Source: Vermamoeba vermiformis | Lineage: Eukaryota | Assembly (NCBI GenBank): GCA_045837725.1 | Contig: JBEWZL010000124.1 | Span: forward strand, 124,001-188,000 | DNA length: 64,000 bases | Direction: 5' to 3' | In this document: piece by piece, positions 12,660 through 27,418 of the stretch | Numbering within the stretch: the first letter of the stretch is position 1 | Layout of the letters: each line of letters begins with the position of its first letter | The notes under the pieces: model-generated | The model's database searches: none | What the model saw: only the letters and a program-made list of their open reading frames with translations | Told to the model about the DNA's origin: nothing | Program-made: the position numbers and the translations under genes

Positions 12660-15156
12660 TCAAACCAACATGATACATGAAGCAACAGTTATTGTAACAA
12701 ACCAACATACAGCACGTGAGGCAGTGCTGGTAACAGAGCTGTCAGGTGTGTGAGAGTTGGTGGGAGTTTCAGGATTAGTAAAGGTGAGTTGATTGCCATC
12801 CCAAGTGCCAATTGTTTCGCCGATATTGAACGACCACGTGTCCCCATTATGATTAAGCTGCGGTTCATTTCCCGTACAGTCAGGATCCAACAACACAACA
12901 AACGTGACTGACGTGAGATTTGTGTTGAGTTTGAACTGTCCGTGTGCTTGATTAGGCAAGTTCACCGGAACAGTAAATTGATCTGTTTGAGTGAAGGCGT
13001 AATCAGATGACGTGTACAGCATCTTGATGCACAACGATGCGTTGCCATCACTTGACTTGACAGTCGATGGCGAGACAACAGTGAAGTTTTTGAATGCGTG
13101 CAGATTCCATTCAAAGCTGCGAGACGAGTTGGCGTCAAATTGATCGAAGATCACAAATTGATTGCTAGCACGGAAGTAGACAATGGAGCGAATGGCACGT
13201 GTTAACTGAAGATTTGTGTTAGCTACACCATAGTTGTACGCGACCAAAGCATCGCCAGTGATGAAATCAAACTCGTTTGAGTGGCCAAATTGAGTGATGT
13301 TGCCTGTTGCCGAGATATTATCAATCAATTGCCCAACACCTCCATCCATTGTCACACCACCGCTCTTAGATCGCGTGGTCCTAGTCCAACCATTATGATG
13401 AGCAGAGCCATAGTAATCGTAGTACCCACTGTTGATGAGCAGCGCTTTGCCTTTGTGTGCAAATGTGAAGCACAACTGATCCGCGTAGTTGTGATTGAAC
13501 GAGCCGAATCTGCCTGAGCGGAAAAACATTGACGTGCGTAGATTGTCAGCAAGAGAGCTGTGGAATGAGGCCCAGCCAATCGATTCCAAGTGTATAGCAT
13601 TGGGATAGTTGCCTGTCAGAGGTTGAGGCGAGTTGAACTCACGACTCCAAATAACATCGTAGCGGAGCGTGTCGACAATGCCTTTGTAGGTGAGCGCATT
13701 GCAGTACCAGTTATAAAGTTCTTGGTATTCCATGGTCGGAGATTCATCAAGGATGTAACTAACAACGTTGAGACAGACCATAGGTTGATACACTCGCATG
13801 TCATTCTGCCCGCTGTCACCAAAGCCAAGGCCACCGGATGCCGCGCCTGGCGGGGAGAAGTAAATGAACTGCAAGGGCCACTGCTGCACCCACTGCTTCT
13901 GGTACAGACTCACGCCAGTACTCCACTTCAAGAATTTGAAGTTAGACGGTTCACTTGTCGCGGAGTAGTAGTTGTAGCCCATGCCGTCGCCGAAGCCTCC
14001 TTCGTGCTCACCCCACGTGCTGTACATGTTGAAGAACATCGGAATACTCGCTGCCCATGCGTCTGCTTCAGGAATCAGTCCAAGCATTGCCGCACTAGCA
14101 CTGGCAACGTTGCCGAGAGTGGCGGCACCATGAGAGTCGTATGGTGCTGTCATTAATTGAGTGAAGAAATATCCATTGTTGTACACTTGTTCAGTTCTGT
14201 TCTGGATGTTAGCTAAGATTCTATTGCGATCAGTTACGGTGAAGTTGTCGTAGATCAAATCTAGGGTTTGCGCCAATGACAAGAGGATGGCTCCGTTTAC
14301 TAGATCTTGTGAGGCATAGCTTGTTGCTCCGGCTGGATCCGTGTCCAAAAGTGCTAATGTTCTTCGCTTGAGCTCGTTGACCAAGGTTGCGTTTGACGAG
14401 TCGTACCAAAGAGCGTAAATGCAGTTTGAAATGTAAAGGACCTGCGGACTCGTGTAATCATTCATAACGCTCAATAGGTAGGCAGCCATTCAGGAGATCC
14501 AAGAGGAAAATCACTAGCAGTTTTGTTCGGTGCAGCAGGAAGTGTTGCTCCGAGCTTACTGTTCAGGTAAGGAATTACAACGGTATTCAATTGCTTGACG
14601 AAAGATTGACCAGCGGATGAAGCCAAGAAAGTCGCCTTCGCATCGCCCTTAAGCAACAATCGTGGACGAGCAGAGTTCTTCGTCGTTGTGATGACGTCAC
14701 TGGGCACGATAAATGTTGTGGCATCGGATGTGACGAAGAACGAGCGCACATCGCTGTCAGTCGACGTGCCCATGACAGAGTTCATCAAAGTCACTCTCCA
14801 AAAGTATGTCGTGTCCACGGGTAAGGCAAGCGGCACGTTGTAGAAGTTGTTTGTCGTGTTGAAACTCCAGTCAGGTTGACGATCGGATGCCGAGTTGGCC
14901 CAGATCGACAATTTAAAGGATTTGCCGGTGCCAAGATATCCTTGAGCAGTCCACCAAAATGAGGGAGGATTAGATTTAATAATTGCACCATCTGGCGGAA
15001 CGATCCGAACGTAAAGCAATCCATGATTCGTTAATATATCTAACAATTGACATTAGCAAGGGTAAATATGCGATCATCAAATTAAATACCTCCGACAACA
15101 AAATTAGATGCGAAGGTCAGCAGGATGAATGCCATAAAAAACAGCTGCAGTCTCAT
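12660..15156 (-). pseudogene. Heparinase II/III or oligo-alginate lyase-like (DUF4962 + Hepar_II_III), copy A, with a 1-bp frameshift
   Basis: Signal-peptide exon 15156-15090, intron 15089-15040. ORFs 14471-15046 and 12660-14489 together match copy B. GAATGGCTG here versus GAATGGGCTG in copy B, i.e. one G lost near 14486. Confidence 0.8.
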
Positions 15157-16210
15157 TGCGTCCGGTTTGTCAGCTCACTAGCGAAATATGGTCTGTTAAC
15201 AAGTTTATGATCGCATTAAGATATGCCTTACGGTGATTGTTGGCTCTAATTCAAGATTTTGTTGATTAATAAAATAAGACGCGTGGGCTAAATTTTCTTA
15301 CTTTTTTTGAATCACTTCACATCCCCTTGTTAGTCATTGCGGTCTACTTATCCGGAGTTCCGTTTACCTATAATTAAAGAGCAAGTTAAAAAGGACGTAG
15401 GAGATACTAAGAATTATTTTAATCGACTTCTCGTATGTTTAATCTAATTTACGGTTAAAAATTGTAACATTAATTATATTATCAAATAGACTTGCTGGAA
15501 ATAAGTGAAGAACTATTTAGTAATTTAATTTATTATTAACCAATGATTTTGCAACACTGAAATGCATTTACCTATTTTGTAGACTATTTTCGAGTGAAGC
15601 TCAATACAAAGACTGCAAGCAATGTCGATGTCCTACCCGCCATGTCGTGTTGTTGTCAATACGGTTAGTTTGATTTTGCGTCGCCAACAAAAACACATTT
15701 TGACGCGTCGTTGTTGGAAAATTGGTCCATTGTGATTTGATAGGTCCACACGTCAAAATATTGCTTTGACTGGAAAGCAATTAATTATTTATAAATGCCT
15801 TTTAGCGGTAAAGGTGATAATTTAATATTTGGAAGCAATGCAAGCTTGATTGATTGAGCTGTAATTAATAATTAGGCGAAAGGAATATTCTTATCGTAAT
15901 TTAGCCATCAAGGAATAATATTTTAATATTAATACCTGGTACCGGATGAGAGGAGTCGTCGATCAAAAAGATCGGATTTTTGAAATGCTACATCGCAACG
16001 GCAACGAACTGCAATGGCGAAGAGTTTGCTAGAACTGAGACGAGACCAGACAATAGAGGCACGCGTGGTGCAAGGACGAGACAAAGATCAGACAGAAAAG
16101 TTGCCGCCAAAAAAATTGAATTTTTACAACGGTAACTTGACTTTTGTTTCGAATTTCAACACGTTTTTAACATTATTCCTTTAGCATACTACCACGCCTA
16201 AACTCGTGCT

Positions 16211-19200
16211 ATGAGCCAAGTAAAATTACACGTTGCCACGGTGAAGGGTTGGACTCTTGCCAGATTTACAGATAAGGAGTAAGTTCTCCTGAAGCAATAA
16301 TTGGTTCCTACATCGATTTATTAATATTTAATAATTAGTGGTGCATTCGTTCTTACGAGCGATCATTCTCACAAGGTGAAAGCCTTGGACAAGAACGGGG
16401 AAACCAAGTCTGATCAAAAAAAACACGACGATGGAATCAACGATATTGCCATTATGAACGTACGGCACTATATATATTTTACCACCAAGTAAATTCTAAT
16501 ATTTCGTCAGACTTTCCTCGTGACTGCATCTTCAGATCGCACAACCCGTTTGTGGAGCATTGACGAGGGTATTATTGAAGGTGGTGACCAATTTGATCGA
16601 GTAGATACGAAAGTATACTCAGTTGCTGGTTCGAGCGATACAAACTTCGTTGCTTGCGGGTAAGTCAAGTAAAATTCGAATCTGACTTAGATTTGAGATT
16701 CAAAAGACATTTACGGTATTAAGTACGTTACTAACATAATATTTAGTACCGATCGATCCATTAGATTGCTTCAACGTCACGATATGACTTATCTCCGCTC
16801 GATCAAGGGCCACGAAGGTTTCGTAACCAGTTTGGCTTTTGACCCTTGCAGAAACTATCTTGCCTCTGCTGCTACTGATGGCACCGTTAAAATCTGGAAA
16901 TATACTGCTGATGACGCTCTTATGACCACTTTGAACATTGCTAGCAAGGACAACTCGTAAGTTCCTGATCTGTTGTTCTTATTTTCTCGCCCAAAACAAT
17001 TCTAATGCGTATCGTTAGTCTATCACAACGTAATAAAATGGCCTGGAGCAAGAGTGGCGCTTATTTGGCCGTTGCTACCGACAAAGGTAAGATCCGTGCT
17101 CAACAGTCATGAGAGCGCCTTTATTAACCTATTATTAGGTGTTGCAATCATCTCTCGTGATACTTGGCAAGTTCAATACACTACAGAGGAGCCATCTAAG
17201 GTTTTGGACGTTGCTTGGTCTGCATCTGGCGACTACTTGGCCTCCGCTCACGAGAAATCAGTTTTTATCTGGTCCACCGAGGATTGGGCATCTACTAACA
17301 GGTAATTAACTATACATCATTTATTTGAGCCACATCGGGTGGATTGTACTGACTCATTTCATTCTTAGAATTGAAGTTGCTGGCGTTAGCTCGATCGAGT
17401 GGCACCCAAAAAATCAAACTACTCTTCTCGTGTCTACCGTTGAAGGTCAATGGGGTCTTATTGAGAATGTTATCTTTGAATCAAAGAAGAAAAAAGCGAA
17501 AACTGCCGCAGCGGATCCCTTAGCTGAAGTGCAGAGACAAGAGAACTCCCTAAAATTTCTATTGGATGATGAAGCTGATGAGGACGATGAAGGAGACGAC
17601 CTCGATCAAATGATTCTCGACGACTCATCCAACCAGTAAGCTTTCAAAATCGAATCCACAATTTTTTAACTTTTCCTAGTGGTTCATCCTCCAGAAAGGT
17701 ACCTTTGGGCAGGTCTCGTCGTAGTTTGGTTGACGATAATTCTTCCGTGATTAACGACGATATGGGCGACTTTATCGTTGACGATGTTGCCAGCGAAAAG
17801 AGCTTCAAATCCGCTACTTCGAAGAATATCATGGCTGCTCCTAAAAACAAGGCTCCTAAGGAACCTAAACAAGCTGTTACTATTATTCAAGGCTATACTC
17901 CCGAAATTCAAGCTCCTTTCCAACCAAACGCATCCAGCGTTGAAGAAAAACGCCGTTACCTAGGTACGAATATGAAGCTAATTTGTTCATAGTTCCATTA
18001 CCTAACAATATATAATATTGTAGCTTGGAATACTACTGGCAGCGTTGTTGCTCGTTACGACGACGCTTCAACTAACATTGAAGTCGAATTCAGCGATCAA
18101 AGCGCTCACAAGAACTTCAGTATGAATAAGGGCATTAAGATTACGTAAGTATTAACAACTATAGTTATATTAAGAGCGTTTATTAACGGTTTTATTTGTA
18201 GTCAAGCTGCCTTGGGTAATAAGGCCGTTGTTTTGGCTAGTGATGGCAAAGACGGTAATGCCTCGTCAGTTCTTTACTGTCAATTCGAGTCCTGGGCTCA
18301 CAACTCTGATTGGACTATTAAATTGGAGCAACCTGAGCAAGTTGAAGGTTCGTTGTTAGATTCGATCCGGATGTAGAAAACAAAACTAATTTGTACTCAT
18401 TTAGCCGTTGCTGTTGGTGATGAATGGATTGCCATTGCTACTTCTAACCGATTCTTGCGCATTTTCACCACTTCTGGCATTCAGCGCGCAGTTTTGTCTG
18501 TTGCCGGTGATGTTGTCTCAATGGTCGGTCAACAACGCAAACTTGCCGTCATTTTCAGTGCTACCCCTAACCTTCCTGGTATGTACATTATTCTACTAAT
18601 TTTGGAGAGTAGACCTGACTCTAGTTTGTTTTTTTAGGTGATCAGAACATGAACTTTATGGTTCTTGATGTTCAAAAGCAATTGACTCTTACTGAAGGTT
18701 TCTTGCCTTTGAGCCGCAAGAGCAGATTGGAATGGATTGGCTTCTCTGATGAAGAACACGTACGCATCCACAAAAGGTCTTGAGATCTCATATTTCTAAC
18801 CTTTCGTTTCAGATGCTTTGCTCATTTGACTCAGCCGGTATTTTGCGAGCTCTTGTTAGCCCTACCAGCCAAGTAAGTTCTATATTAAAATGAAATTACC
18901 TACCATGGTACTAACCGGATGTTGTTAGGGTGAGTGGGGCAAACAATGGTCTCCGATCTGCGAGACTGAAACTAACGGCAAAGGCACTCGTGTGTGGCCT
19001 ATTGGTATCGTGCACGACAAGCTCATCTATATTCCCAAGCCAGTACGTAAAATAATATTCTTTTTGCGTCCTGATTACTTACGTTATTTTTTTTTCCTTT
19101 TTAGGAAAGCGCAGTTGCTCCGTTAGTCTTGCCTAGACCTACTCCTACAACTTTGCAGCTTCAAATCCCCGTTTTGAACGTGAACAAGAAGGAAGAAGAG

Positions 19201-20048
19201 TACATGCGCGAGAGCATCCGGTACTTCCATACTAAACAAGAAGCAATGGATAAGTGCGTCGATGGCTCTTCTTGGAAGACTGATGGTGATTTGCTCGATG
19301 AGCAAGTCAAGCTCGACAAACTCATGACTGAGATCCTTGCCGTACGTTGACGACCACATCCGTTTTCAATAGCTCTATACTAACAATACCCTTAATGTTT
19401 AGGCTGCTGCTAGTGGTGACAAACTTGAACGTGCTTATGATGCTGCTTCACTGATGCTTTTGCGCCGCTCTTTGTCAATTGGTTTGGCCGTTGCTCAGCG
19501 ACTCAATCACGGTGCTTTGGCTCAAAAGATTCAAAACCTGAGCGTACGTAGCATTAATAGTTATACTATAGCCGGCAAGTACTCATCGAATACTTTATAG
19601 GAGCAACAAGGTCGCTTTATGCACGATGTTGTGCCTTCGACTACATCCGCATCCAGTGCTGAAGACGACTCCGATGCTCGTCCTACTAAGCGTCAACGAA
19701 CGTCAATGGACACTCACAAAGTCACTGCAGTTGAAAGCGACCAAGAGAGTGATGAAGAGAGCGTTGAATCTCAACAATCCAGCTCTATTAAGGAAAACGA
19801 GCGCAATGCTACCAACATTTTGAATAGCTTGCCTGCCAAGCCCGTTGAAAAGAAGCAGCCCGCTGCTGTAAAAGGTATTTAATTAACAATAACTTACTTC
19901 AGTTCAAATACTTACGAGATCTTGTTCAGCAAATCCGTTTGCCAAACTGACCGCGCAACCTGCTCCTACTTCTGGATCGCTGTTTTCTACGATCAACTCG
20001 ATTAAATCATCGCCTGCCAACAACAAGAAAAGAAAACTCTTTAATTAG
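16211..20048 (+). CDS. WDHD1: WD40/SepB replisome factor WDHD1 (AND-1/CTF4/Mcl1), many exons
   Basis: N-terminal WD40 repeats (GHEGFVTSLAFDP...DGTVKIW), acidic linker, SepB signature APFQPNASS..KRRYLAWN, helical C-terminus, NPFAK tail. Confidence 0.88.
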
Positions 20049-20169
20049 AGTGTCTTTCGTTGCCTCGGCATTGTAACTTATAATTAAACTTTAAATTTAT
20101 CAGATCGTACAGAAGGCTTCGATAGAGCGCAGCAAGTAGTGACTCGACCACTAAATTGCTGTTTGTCTC

Positions 20170-20275
20170 GGGCACGACCACACTACCAAGAATGCACCGC
20201 TTCCCGTCCGATCAGCGAAGTTAAGCTTGTTCAGGCCTTCAGGAGACTACCTGGGAATCGGAGGTGTTGTGCTCT
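20170..20275 (+). rRNA. 5S rRNA gene copy with an internal deletion of about 14 nt (probable pseudogene or variant)
   Basis: Helix I GGGCACGAC/GTTGTGCTC; conserved CCCGTCCGATC, GAAGTTAAGC, GGAGAC, TGGGAA; T-rich terminator downstream. About 106 nt; the loop E TTAGTA segment is absent. Confidence 0.88.
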
Positions 20276-20409
20276 TTACTTTTTGTTTTTTGCCTCTCCT
20301 ATGTATCCCTAAGATTATCATGATAATTTTTACGACCGATCGGCATTTTGTGCATCTGGGTTCGATCGTGTTGTTGGGCCGATTTTTTTTTGTTCATTAT
20401 TGTATATAA

Positions 20410-21668
<1,259 letters not shown>

Positions 21669-21769
21669 CATAAACGTTATTTTAGTTTAGATATAGCATG
21701 GTTATTTTGATGCAGCGAGGTCGTATTAGTATTGTATAAATAATTCTTTATTATTATTTCTTTAACTCA

Positions 21770-23210
21770 ATCTTTACATGGTTATACAAAATGGTTACTA
21801 GGTTTACTCTCCTAGGTTCGCTAATATTTGTAGTTGCGAGACTGTCGAATCATCCATCCAACTTTCGGTTGAGCTCGTTGTTAGAAGTTTTGAGCTCCTC
21901 GACTTTTTCCTTGAGGGTTTTAAGGGCCTCTGGGTTGTTGTTGACCGCATATTTTAGGCCTGGATCTCCACTGTCAGCTCATGTTTCGGAGCGGCTTTGC
22001 TTGTGGGGATACTGAATAGAAAATATTAGTATTACTTCTTGTATTGTCGAGTTAATAAAATGCAAAAAAAAATGATCTTCGAAAATTTGTACGTACAAAA
22101 ATTACTTCGCGAATTCACGCTTGAACGTGAAGCATACTTACTCAAGTATTCGTTGCAACACCAAGATTATAGTGCTTGCCGCAACTGCTGTGCCTAAGTT
22201 GCTTTTCATCGTAGGCCTGATGGGTACCACCTGATGCAGAAGAAACTTCGGTGGAATGGCCCAGCAATAATTCTATCGCTCGTGTAAAAGAAGATTTGTG
22301 TTCCATTGCAGTGAAGTTGTAATGTAACTGAAAAATCTCAACTCACGTCGCAAGTCGATTTGATTTTCCACACGTTGAACGGTGGCATGGACTGACCGGG
22401 GTTCCTTGGGTTTGCCCGATCCTTTAGACGAGGCAAAGAAAGAGTACCAAAGAGCGCCGTAATAGGGTTGCTTGTTGGGATTATCCAATATTGCAGGGCG
22501 TCGAATTTCATGTCGAATCTGTTAGCTTTTTCGCTCCTGGGCTCGATCAAGTTAACTGCAAATTGACCGATCCGATTCTCGAATATCTCCGCAAGAAGTT
22601 TTGCTCTGCTTAGGAAATTCTCGAATATCTAGTACAATATCTCAACAAGGAATTATACTATTGGTCAGCTAAGAAATAGGACAAGATTTTTGAGCTCTAC
22701 GAACGAATGAAGATCGAGTTCGAACGCGAAGTCTTCTACAGTAAGAAGCTCATAATATATATAATATAAATGCAATATAATAGTATTTCGAGGTAGAAGT
22801 CCGAAAGTTAGGCTCAAAGTTGGATTTGACCGCCAAAAAAAAAGTAAATTCAATTTCGATCCAGATGATTTTAATAATTGCAAATAACCTTATTAAATGT
22901 TTAATATGTAGTATAGATGTAAATTTGAGGCTTTGATTAATTTTTAAAAACTTATGGACCGACCTGAAAACGCATCGGGTTTCGTACTGGCCTGGAATTC
23001 AGAAAGACGAAGCCGCAAACAGTCTCTGATCTATATCATAATTTTTTTAATAGCTAATAACCATATTATTAATACTTACGGCACTATTCGGGGTTGCTGA
23101 CAAAGGTTGAGTCGGATGTAGGCGGCTTCAACCGGCGGAGAGTCAGCAGAGATAAGCAGCCGGTTGTCGGATATAGGCGCTTACCGCGAACCTTTGTCAA
23201 CATGTTTCAT
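21770..23210 (-). CDS. Hypothetical spliced gene; frame unresolved, possibly degenerate
   Basis: GC-richer blocks flanked on the minus strand by GTAAG/GTGAG donors and CTAAC..AG acceptors. No family recognised and no clean full-length reading frame could be built. Confidence 0.3.
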
Positions 23211-23673
23211 ATTGTCGAAGAATAAGGAGTGGTTGTTGACTAGCGCGAGAGAGCAGAAAAATGAACATCAAAAAACAAAACTCTTTAGCGTACGCTTGAA
23301 TGAAGAGATTGGAGCAATTTTTTCTCGTAGAATTAATAATGATGCGTCATATTATGCCTATGGTTGATCTAAGCGTAAGAGCTTCACTCGAAAATAGTCG
23401 TAAAATAATTCTTAATATCTCCCTACGTCCTTTTTAACTTGCGCTCTTGTAATTATAGGTAAACGGAATTCCGATCAGTAGACGGCAAAGACTAACAAGG
23501 GGATGTGAAGTGATTCAAAAAAAGTAAGAAAATTTAGCCCACGCGTCTTATTTTATTAATTTACCAAATCTTGAATTAGAGCCAACAATCATCGTAAGGC
23601 AAATCTTAATGTGATCATAAACTTGTTAACAGATTGACCAATATTTCGCTAGTGAGCTGACAAACTGGACGCA

Positions 23674-26170
23674 ATGAGACTGCAGCTGTTTTTTATGGCA
23701 TTTATCCTGCTGGCCTTCGCATCGAATTTTGTTAACGGAGGTATTTAATTAATGATCGCATATTTACCCTTGCTAATGTCAATTGTTAGATTTGTTAACG
23801 AATCATGGATTGCTTTACGTTCGGATCGTTCCGCCAGATGGTGCAATTATCAAATCTAATCCTCCATCATTTTGGTGGACTGCTCAAGGATATCTTGGCA
23901 CCGGCAAATCATTTACGTTGTCGATCTGGGCCAACTCGGCATCCGATCGTCAACCTGACTGGAGTTTCAACACGACAAACAACTTCTACAACATGCCTCT
24001 TGCGTTACCCGTGGACACGACCTACTTTTGGAGAGTGACTTTGATGAACTCTGTCATGGGCACGTCGAATGACAGCGATGTGCGTTCTTTTTTCGTCACA
24101 TCTGATGCCACAACATTTATCGTGCCAAATGACGTTATCACAACGACAAAGAATTCTGCTCGTCCACGGTTGTTGCTTAAGGGCGATGCGAAGACAGCTT
24201 TCTTGGCTTCATCCGCTGGTCAATCATTCGTCAAGCAATTGAATGCCGTTGTAATTCCGTACCTGAACAGTAAGCTCGGAGCAACACTTCCTGTTGCGCC
24301 GAACAAAACTGCTAGTGATTTTGCTTATGGATCTCCGGAATGGGCTGCATACTCATCGAGCGTTATGAATGACTTCACGAGTCCGCAGGTCCTTTACATT
24401 TCAAACTGCATTTACGCTCTTTGGTACGACTCGTCAAATGCAACCATAGTCAATGAGCTCAAGCGAAGAACATTAGCACTTTTGGACGCGGATCCAGCAG
24501 GAGCAACAAGCCAGGCCTCACAAGATCAAGCGAACAGAGCTATCTTCTTGTCATTGGCACAAACCCTGGATTTGATCTACGACAATTTCACCGTAACTGA
24601 TCGCAATAGAATCATGGCGAACATCAAGAACAGAACCGAGCAAGTGTACAACAATGGATATTTCTTCACTCAATTAATGACAGCGCCATACGACTCTCAC
24701 GGTGCCAACACTCTCGGCTACGTCGCTAGTGCTAGTGCGGCGATGCTTGGACTGATTCCTGAAGCAGACGCATGGGCAGCGAGTATTCCGATGTTCTTCA
24801 ACATGTACAGCACGTGGGGTGAGCACGAAGGAGGCTTTGGCAACGGCATTGGCTACAACTACTACTCCGTGACAAGTGAACCAGCTAACTTCAAATTCTT
24901 GAAGTGGAGTACTGGCGTGAGTCTGTATCGGAAGCAGTGGGTGCAGCGGTGGCCCTTGCAGTTCATTTACTTCTCCCCTCCAGGTGCGGCATCGGGAGGT
25001 CTTGGCTTTGGCGACAGCGGGCAGAATGACATGCGAGTGTATCAACCTATGGTCTGTCTCAACGTTGTTAGTTACGTTCTTGATGAGTCTCCGACCATGG
25101 AATACCAAGAACTTTATAACTGGTACTGCAATGCGCTCACCTACAAAGGCGTTGTCGACACGCGCCGCTACGATGTTATTTGGAGCCGTGAGTTCAACTC
25201 GCCTCAACCTCTGACAGGCAACTATCCCAATGCTGTCCACTTGGAATCGATTGGCTGGGCCTCATTCCACAGCTCTCTTGCTGACAATCTACGCACTTCA
25301 ATGTTCTTCCGCTCAGGCAGATTCGGCTCGTTCAATCACAACTACGCAGATCAGTTGTGCTTCACATTTGCACACAAAGGCAAAGCGTTGCTCATCAACA
25401 GCGGTTACTACGATTACTATGGATCTGCTCATCATAATGGTTGGACTAGGACCACACGATCAAAGAGTGGTGGTGTGACAATGGATGGAGGTGTTGGGCA
25501 AACGATGAATCAGATCTCGGCGACAGGAAACATCACTCAATTTGGCCACTCAAACGAATTTGATTTCATCACTGGAGATGCTTTGGTCGCGTACAATTAT
25601 GGCGTAACAAACACAGATCTTCAATTAACACGCGCCATTCGCTCCATTGTCTACTTCCGCGCTAGCAATCAGTTTGTGATCTTCGATCAATTTGACGCCA
25701 ACTCTTCTCGGAGCTTTGAATGGAATCTGCACGCATTCAAAAACTTCACTGTTGTCTCTCCATCGACTGTCAAGTCAAGTGACGGCAACGCATCAATGTG
25801 CATCAAGATGCTGTACACGTCATCTGATTACACCTTTACTCAAACAGATCAGTTTACTGTTCCGGTGAACTTGCCTAATCAAGCACACGGACAGTTCAAA
25901 CTCAACACTAATCTCACTTCAGTCACTTTTGTTGTGCTGTTGGATCCAGACTGTACGGGAAATGAACCACAGCTGAATCATAATGGGAACACGTGGTCAT
26001 TCAATATTGGCGAAACGATAGGCACTTGGGATGGCAATCAACTTGCCTTCTCTAATCCTGAAACACCCACTGACTCTCACACACCCGATGGCTCCGTCAC
26101 CAGCACTGCCTCGCCGACTGCCTTTTGGTTTGTCGCAATAACTATTGCTTCGTGCATCATGTTGGTTTAA
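23674..26170 (+). CDS. Heparinase II/III or oligo-alginate lyase-like (DUF4962 + Hepar_II_III), copy B, intact; signal peptide and GPI-like tail
   Basis: Signal exon MRLQLFFMAFILLAFAS, one short intron, 795-aa ORF with RPRLL, YDSHG, GFGNGIGY, GFGDSG, FRSGRFGSFNHNYADQ, LLINSGYYDYYGSAHH, FEWNLH; S/T/P stalk and hydrophobic C-terminus. Confidence 0.85.
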
Positions 26171-26472
26171 GAATAAAGACAAACAGACAAGTTTATTACA
26201 TCTAATGTCGTTAACAGGTGAGCAGCATCGACCATTCAGATGAGAGAACCATGCAAATAACGTGCGTCAACCTTTTTTGTCGGTAAGTATCAATTCCAGT
26301 ATACCTATGATTACCTAACGCAATCGTTTGTAGTACCTGTTCCTGCCTACGTTAACGAGCGTAATTCCGGCTGTCATTGATTGATTGATGGACCGACGAG
26401 AAAAAAATCATATTTTTCATTTGCGTTTGAATGCACAGACACCAAGATATTAAGCAAATATTATCAGTAATT

Positions 26473-26930
26473 ATGGCCGATCATTTGCTCAAGCTGCCTT
26501 TGGATGCGCTACGTCTAATTTGGCGTTATTTATCCCTGCCTGACGTTATTAGGTAATTATTATCAATTAACTACGACTATAAAATTTACGTGATTATTAT
26601 AAAGCAATTTCTTACTTTATTTGTGGTCCCAAAGATAAATTGGACCCGGTCCCCTTTGTTTGGATCCATTAATCAGCGGCATTGAGTTACGAGCCGTCTA
26701 TACAAGAAGTTCCTATTGCAGTTCAATGGATCGAGGCACTTAAGTCATCAAACTTGCCGAATCTACAAAAGTGGCCATTGATCTCGTATTTTCGAAATAC
26801 AGTAATCAAAGAATTGAAAGCTAAAGTACCTTTCAACGTTGTTTTTCTTGACCGGTCAAGAGTTGGTGTGTACAACGAATTTGAAGATTTTGAATATGAC
26901 CCAGATATTTATCACGCCGAAGAAGACTAG
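26473..26930 (+). pseudogene. F-box-like gene fragment
   Basis: First exon MADHLLKLPLDALRLIWRYLSLPDVI fits the F-box consensus. The downstream exon stops early and ORF 26682-26930 is in another frame. Confidence 0.35.
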
Positions 26931-27418
26931 ACACATTAGCGGAAATGTTGATGAACGCTCGTTTTGAATGAAACCTAGTGGCTGTACACTTGAATAAAGT
27001 TAATTCCTTAGCGGTTACACTAGAGGAAAGGTAAAAGGGGGTAAAAACACCGTTTTTGACCTAAAACAATTTCACTCGGACCCCATTTTTGAAAGAGAAA
27101 ACGCCGTTTTCGGTAAGTACAGTTTATTCGTTTTACAAAATGGTTTTGGCAAAGTAGTAGACCTTCGAGTTAGGACTTTGTGTGCGGCTAAGTCGAAGGT
27201 GTTTCGTGAATAGACATTATTTCTCATTAATTTGCTACCAAAATATTCATATCCGTCATTTGGTTATTGAGTGAGTACTCTTTGATCAAACCTTCTGATA
27301 GCAGCTGCCAAAACTGGATCCAAACTTTCCAACGAAATGTCGCTTTGTGAATTGTAAAGAGTAGACCACAAGTCCCTCGCTTATTTATTTATTAATCCAA
27401 ATTATTGTATATTGAACT

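Noticed and set aside
15930-16120. GC-richer intergenic block as snRNA or small gene
   Set aside because: No convincing snRNA motif set or ORF; may be promoter or UTR sequence.
27000-27400. Possible transposon end upstream of TMEM104
   Set aside because: No partner inverted repeat or TSD found in the window.
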